Positions 59,448 through 64,000 of a stretch of 64,000 nucleotides of DNA are shown in pieces (the stretch's first letter is position 1; each line of letters starts with the position of its first letter). Where the stretch lies: NCBI GenBank assembly GCA_049643885.1, contig JBARQV010000033.1, positions 75,229 to 139,228 on the forward strand, given 5' to 3'. The DNA comes from Candidatus Omnitrophota bacterium (GTDB taxonomy: Bacteria > Omnitrophota > Gorgyraeia > Tantalellales > Tantalellaceae). The position numbers and the translations under genes were made by a program. The notes beneath the pieces were generated by a model that made no database searches, was not told where the DNA came from, and worked only from the letters and a program-made list of their open reading frames with translations.

Positions 59448-60653
59448 ATGAAATATGTGGTTCTGGTCCCGGACGGCATGGCGGACACGCCGCTTGAGGA
59501 GCTGAATGACAGGACGCCCATGGAAGCATCCAACGCTCCTAACATGCACATGATCGCCAGAAAGGGCATTGTCGGGACGGTGAAAAATGTGCCCAGGGGC
59601 ATGATCCCGGCGAGCGATGTAGCTAATCTTTCGATACTGGGGTATAACCCTAAGAAATATTATTGCGGGCGCGGTCCTTTGGAAGCTGCCAATCTTGGCG
59701 TCGAGCTCGGTGAAAGTGACGTAGCTTTTCGTTACAATACGGTTACCGTATATGATGACAAGATGATCGATTACAGTGCCGGTCATATCAGCACCCAGGA
59801 AACAACGGTGGTGGCGAAGGCACTGAACAAGGAACTCGGAAGCGAAAAATACAGTTTCTATCCGGGGGTAAGCTACCGTAATCTTCTTATGGTCCACTGT
59901 GATTCTCCGAAAGAAGCGGACAGGTTATCGAAGATAATGTGCCATGCGCCGCATGACATCCTGGACAAGTCTGTGACCAGGCATTATCCAAAGGAACCGG
60001 AGCTTGTCAGGCTTATGGAACGGTCTAAGGACATACTGCGTAAATCCGATATAAATAAAGTCCGGATCGACCTGGGTCAAAACCCGGCAAATATGATATG
60101 GATATGGGGGCAAGGAAAGAAACCCGATATCCCCAGATTTGAAGACGCTTTCGGCATAACTGGTGGGATCATATCGGCGGTGGACCTGCTTAAAGGACTG
60201 GGCAAGATCTTAGGCATGGAGGTCGCTAATGTTCCCGGAGCGACCGGCTACTACGATACGAATTACGAAGGCAAGGCTGAAGCCGCGCTTGACATACTCA
60301 CAAAGAACGACATGGTGTTTGTCCATGTTGAAGCCCCCGACGAGGCGGGGCATAACGGCCATGTCCGGGAAAAAATAGCGGCTATAGAAAATTTCGACAG
60401 TAAGATCACCGGAAAGATCATCAAGGAACTGACCGATAAAGGTGAGGATTACAGGGTTTTGATCCTGCCCGACCACCCGACTCCTATAAAGAAGAGGACG
60501 CACACCGCGGACCCGGTACCTTTTGCCATGGCCGGCAAGGGCATAAAACCGGATGACGTGACGGTTTTCACTGAAAGATCAGCAAGGGCCGGAAGTTACA
60601 CGCTGGAACAGGGGTCGGAGCTTATGAAGATGTTGCTTTCGGAAAATCTGTGA
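59448..60653 (+). CDS. Cofactor-independent phosphoglycerate mutase-like protein (archaeal ApgM type); candidate non-orthologous homoserine kinase
   Basis: MKYVVLVPDGMADTP and the HVEAPDEAGHNGH metal-site motifs are typical of iPGM/alkaline-phosphatase superfamily ApgM-type proteins. The gene sits in the thrB position between thrC and lysC. Confidence 0.75.
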   Translation: MKYVVLVPDGMADTPLEELNDRTPMEASNAPNMHMIARKGIVGTVKNVPRGMIPASDVANLSILGYNPKKYYCGRGPLEAANLGVELGESDVAFRYNTVTVYDDKMIDYSAGHISTQETTVVAKALNKELGSEKYSFYPGVSYRNLLMVHCDSPKEADRLSKIMCHAPHDILDKSVTRHYPKEPELVRLMERSKDILRKSDINKVRIDLGQNPANMIWIWGQGKKPDIPRFEDAFGITGGIISAVDLLKGLGKILGMEVANVPGATGYYDTNYEGKAEAALDILTKNDMVFVHVEAPDEAGHNGHVREKIAAIENFDSKITGKIIKELTDKGEDYRVLILPDHPTPIKKRTHTADPVPFAMAGKGIKPDDVTVFTERSARAGSYTLEQGSELMKMLLSENL

Positions 60654-60673
60654 AATAAGATCGAGGATAAATA

Positions 60674-61915
60674 GTGAAAAAGAAGGGAATAATTGTTCAG
60701 AAATACGGCGGGACTAGTGTCGCCAATCCAAAAAAGATCGCCGGGGTGGCGAAAAGGGTCGCCGGGTACAAGAAAAAGGGATATGATGTCGTTGTGGTAG
60801 TTTCCGCTTTGGGTGGTACGACCGACGAGCTTTTGAAACTGGCATCGGAGATCAGCAAGAGGCCTTCGGAAAGGGAACTTGACATGCTCATGTCCACCGG
60901 CGAGCAGGTTTCCGTGGCCCTCTTGGCCATGGCCCTGCACAGTCTCGGGCAGAAAGCGATCTCGTTCACGGGCGCGCAGGTAGGGATCAAGACGGACTCA
61001 TCCCATACCAAAGCCAAGATCATAGACGTGAATACCAACAAGATCATGAAGCAGCTGCGCCGGGGAAAAATAGTGATCGTCGCGGGGTTCCAGGGGATGA
61101 ACATGGACCAGGAGATCACTACCCTCGGAAGAGGAGGCTCGGACATGACGGCCGTGGCTCTGGCCAAAGTCTTGAAGGCGAAGATCTGCGAGATATATAC
61201 CGATGTCAAGGGAATCTATACCGCTGACCCCAGGATCGTTGATAACGCTCGCAAGCTGGACAGCATAAGTTATGAGGAGATGCTGGAACTGGCATCCCTG
61301 GGGGCCCAGGTCATGCAGGCGAGGAGCATGGAGGTCGCCGGCAAGTTTAATATCCCCATTCACGTGAGGGCGAGTTTTTCTAATGAAGAAGGCACTCTGG
61401 TAACCAAGGAGGTTAAAGCGATGGAAGACGTCTTGGTTCGCGGCGTTACAGTTAATAAAAATGAAGCAAAAGTCACGATTTGCGATGTTCCCGATAGGCC
61501 CGGGGAGGCCAGCAGGTTGTTCGAAAATCTGGCGGAGGCTAATGTAAACGTGGATATGATCATCCAGAACATTTCCAGGACCAGGGCGACGGACATCACG
61601 TTTACCGTGCCTACCAGTGATCTTGAGAAGACCCGCGAGGTGCTCAAAAAAGTCGTCAAGGAGATTGGGGCCGGGAGAACTAAATATGATAAAAATGTCG
61701 CTAAGGTCTCGGTTGTCGGTATAGGCATGCGCAGCCATTCCGGCGTGGCGGCGAAGATGTTCGCGGCTTTGGCTTCCGCGAAAATAAACATCGAGATGAT
61801 ATCTACCAGCGAGATCAAGATCTCCTGTGTGATAGGGAAAAAGCATGCCGACAAGGCCGTAAAGGCTATCCACAAAGCGTTTAAACTTGGGAAGTCCGGA
61901 AAAAAACGTAAATAA
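60674..61915 (+). CDS. lysC: Aspartate kinase (with C-terminal ACT domains)
   Basis: IVQKYGGTSV and VVVVSALGGTTD are present. A GTG start is used. Confidence 0.93.
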   Translation: MKKKGIIVQKYGGTSVANPKKIAGVAKRVAGYKKKGYDVVVVVSALGGTTDELLKLASEISKRPSERELDMLMSTGEQVSVALLAMALHSLGQKAISFTGAQVGIKTDSSHTKAKIIDVNTNKIMKQLRRGKIVIVAGFQGMNMDQEITTLGRGGSDMTAVALAKVLKAKICEIYTDVKGIYTADPRIVDNARKLDSISYEEMLELASLGAQVMQARSMEVAGKFNIPIHVRASFSNEEGTLVTKEVKAMEDVLVRGVTVNKNEAKVTICDVPDRPGEASRLFENLAEANVNVDMIIQNISRTRATDITFTVPTSDLEKTREVLKKVVKEIGAGRTKYDKNVAKVSVVGIGMRSHSGVAAKMFAALASAKINIEMISTSEIKISCVIGKKHADKAVKAIHKAFKLGKSGKKRK

Positions 61916-61925
61916 CGGAGTCGAA

Positions 61926-63506
61926 ATGGACAAGATCATAATATATGACACGACATTAAGGGACGGGGCGCAGTCGGAAGGGATCTCCTTTACGGTAAAG
62001 GATAAATTCCGCATCGCGCAAAAACTGGACGAGCTTGGGATCGATTTTATCGAAGGCGGCTGGCCGGGATCCAATCCGAAAGACGACGAGTTCTTCAAGA
62101 AGGCGAAAAAATCCCTTAAGCTGAAAAATTCCAAGCTTGTGGCTTTCGGCAGTACCCGTAGGGCCGACACTAAAGCTTCGTCCGATACTATCATAAAAAA
62201 CCTTTTAGATGCCGAAACGAAGTACGTGACCATTTTCGGTAAGAGCTGGGATCTCCATGTGAAATCCGTTTTAAAGGCTTCTCTCAAGGAGAACCTGAAG
62301 ATGATAACCGATTCGGTCAAGTATCTTAAAAGGAAAGGCCGTCATGTTTTCTTTGACGCGGAGCATTTTTTTGACGGGTTCGAGGATAACCCGAAGTACG
62401 CCGTCAGCTGCCTGGAAGCGGCGGTTGAAGGCGGAGCGGAATGTCTGGTCCTTTGCGATACGAACGGCGGTACCCTTACAAGCCAGATATTTGAGATCGT
62501 CGAGGAAGTGAGGAAAAAGATAAGCGTTTCGCTGGGGGTCCACACTCACAACGATAATGATATGGCGGTCGCCAATTCCATCGCCGCGGTACAGGCGGGC
62601 TGTATCCATGTCCAGGGGACTTTTAACGGTTACGGCGAGCGGTGCGGAAACGCGAACCTTGTTTCGATCATTCCGGCTTTGAGGGTAAAGCTCGGTGCGG
62701 ACTGCCTGTCCGATTTTGCCGTCAAAGAACTGACAGAAGCCTCCAGGTATATTTCAGAGATATCCAATGTCAAGCAGCAAGACAACCAGCCGTATGTGGG
62801 GGCGAGCGCTTTCGCGCATAAAGCGGGCGTCCATATCAACGCCATGTTGAAAAACCCCAGGACTTATGAACACATCGATCCTGCCACGGTAGGCAACAAG
62901 CGGAGGATGTTGATCTCGGAGCTTTCGGGGAAATCAAGTATATTCAGCAAGGCCGAAGAATTAGGCCTTGATATAGCAGAGTCTCACGATAAGGCCAGGA
63001 ATATCCTTGCGCACGTGCAGGACCTTGAAAAGCAGGGATACCAGTTCGAATTGGCTGAAGCTTCTTTAATGCTTCTGATGCAGAGAGCTTCGGAGGTGTT
63101 TAAAAAACACTTTGAGATGACGGACCTCAGGGTCATTGTCGAAAAACGGGGCGACGGCGAGATCATTTCGGAAGCGACGGTCAAACTAAAGATCGGTAAT
63201 GAAAAGAGGCACACGGTCGCTCTCGGAGACGGTCCGGTCCACGCCCTGGACCAGGCTCTTAGGAAAGCGCTGGCAGATTTTTTTCCTTCCCTTAAAGAGA
63301 TGCACCTGTCGGATTTCAGGGTAAGGGTTTTGGACGAAAAAGCGGGGACAGCCGCGAAAGTCCGCGTTCTTGTTCAGTCGCAGGATGCGTCAGACTCGTG
63401 GTGGACCGTGGGCGTATCTGAAAACATCATAGAAGCCAGCTGGCTCGCGCTCATCGATTCCATCGAATACAAGTTTCAAAAGGACGAGAAAAGAAAACAA
63501 AGATGA
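61926..63506 (+). CDS. cimA: (R)-citramalate synthase / LeuA-family 2-alkylmalate synthase
   Basis: YDTTLRDGAQSEGISF, GGWPGSNPKD and HTHNDNDMAVANS (HxH) are present, with a C-terminal LeuA-dimer regulatory domain. The ORF-track frame starts at 61887 and I prefer the ATG at 61926. Confidence 0.85.
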   Translation: MDKIIIYDTTLRDGAQSEGISFTVKDKFRIAQKLDELGIDFIEGGWPGSNPKDDEFFKKAKKSLKLKNSKLVAFGSTRRADTKASSDTIIKNLLDAETKYVTIFGKSWDLHVKSVLKASLKENLKMITDSVKYLKRKGRHVFFDAEHFFDGFEDNPKYAVSCLEAAVEGGAECLVLCDTNGGTLTSQIFEIVEEVRKKISVSLGVHTHNDNDMAVANSIAAVQAGCIHVQGTFNGYGERCGNANLVSIIPALRVKLGADCLSDFAVKELTEASRYISEISNVKQQDNQPYVGASAFAHKAGVHINAMLKNPRTYEHIDPATVGNKRRMLISELSGKSSIFSKAEELGLDIAESHDKARNILAHVQDLEKQGYQFELAEASLMLLMQRASEVFKKHFEMTDLRVIVEKRGDGEIISEATVKLKIGNEKRHTVALGDGPVHALDQALRKALADFFPSLKEMHLSDFRVRVLDEKAGTAAKVRVLVQSQDASDSWWTVGVSENIIEASWLALIDSIEYKFQKDEKRKQR

Positions 63507-64000
63507 AGGATCTCCCTTCCAGATACGATTCAAAAAATATTGAGAGAAACATATACGACGGGTGGTCGGCCGATAACCTTTTCCACGCCGATACGGAAAC
63601 CAGGAGAAAACCCTATAGTATAGTCATACCTCCGCCTAACATCACCGGTATCCTGCATATGGGGCACGCCCTTAATAATACTATCCAGGATGTCTTGATC
63701 CGTTGGAAGAAGATGCAGGGGTTCGAGGTCCTTTGGATGCCTGGGACGGACCATGCCGGGATAGCTACCCAGAATGTGGTCGAGCGGGAATTGGCCAAGG
63801 AAGGCATAAAGAGGCATGACCTGGGTCGCGAAAAATTCCTTGAAAAAGTATGGCAGTGGAGGGAGGAATACGGTTTGACCATCATCCGCCAGCTAAAAAG
63901 GCTGGGATGCGCCTGTGATTGGGACCGGACGCGTTTTACAATGGACGAAGGGCTTTCACGCGCGGTGAGAGAAGTATTCACAAGGATGCACAATGAAGGC
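63503..64000 (+). CDS. valS: Valine--tRNA ligase (3'-partial, runs off the window)
   Basis: PPPNITGILHMGHALNNT is the HIGH motif, and WMPGTDHAGIATQ is present. The ATG at 63503 overlaps the cimA stop (ATGA). The frame is open to the window end, so it is absent from the ORF track. Confidence 0.9.
   Translation, partial: MKDLPSRYDSKNIERNIYDGWSADNLFHADTETRRKPYSIVIPPPNITGILHMGHALNNTIQDVLIRWKKMQGFEVLWMPGTDHAGIATQNVVERELAKEGIKRHDLGREKFLEKVWQWREEYGLTIIRQLKRLGCACDWDRTRFTMDEGLSRAVREVFTRMHNEG

Noticed and set aside
60998-62320. 440-aa ORF on the minus strand overlapping lysC and cimA
   Set aside because: It is antisense to two confidently assigned, motif-bearing genes and has no recognisable motifs, so it is a shadow ORF.

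Overview
This window is entirely plus-strand coding and, from its gene content, bacterial. The first 27.8 kb is a single uninterrupted reading frame of at least 9,219 codons that is still open at the 5' window edge, so the gene is larger than what is visible. From motifs I read directly, it encodes a polytopic membrane megaprotein. It has a 1,550-aa N-terminal region of unknown function with an HExxH motif. A Hanks-type Ser/Thr kinase follows, then two PAS domains, a GGDEF diguanylate cyclase (GGEEF with an RxxD I-site), about 5.4 k aa of PBS-lyase/HEAT-like repeats punctuated by transmembrane hairpins, and a PPP-family phosphoprotein phosphatase near the C-terminus. This kinase + phosphatase + c-di-GMP + HEAT-solenoid architecture is the most likely previously undescribed system here. 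Downstream is a tightly packed, co-directional 36-kb housekeeping array with frequent ATGA/GTGA start-stop overlaps. In order it holds cinA(C-term)-thpR-recA-recX-alaS, hisDB-HAFI, trpEGDCFBA, ruvX, an M16 peptidase, an S2P/CBS protease, rpe, a PGM/PMM, lepA-lepB, pgsA-like, der, plsY, gpsA, tRNA-Pro(GGG), hom-thrC, an iPGM-like gene, lysC, cimA and the start of valS. Two small structured repeat families sit in intergenic gaps. One is a 75-nt GC-rich hairpin present in 4 copies, with strand-consistent G-U wobbles and base changes that preserve pairing. The other is a double hairpin with complementary UUCC/GGAA loops, present in 2 copies, wedged between stop and start codons. A low-GC islet with its own promoter, a palindromic operator, two small ORFs and a terminator interrupts the conserved plsY-gpsA junction. 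No CRISPR arrays, rRNA or transposases were seen.
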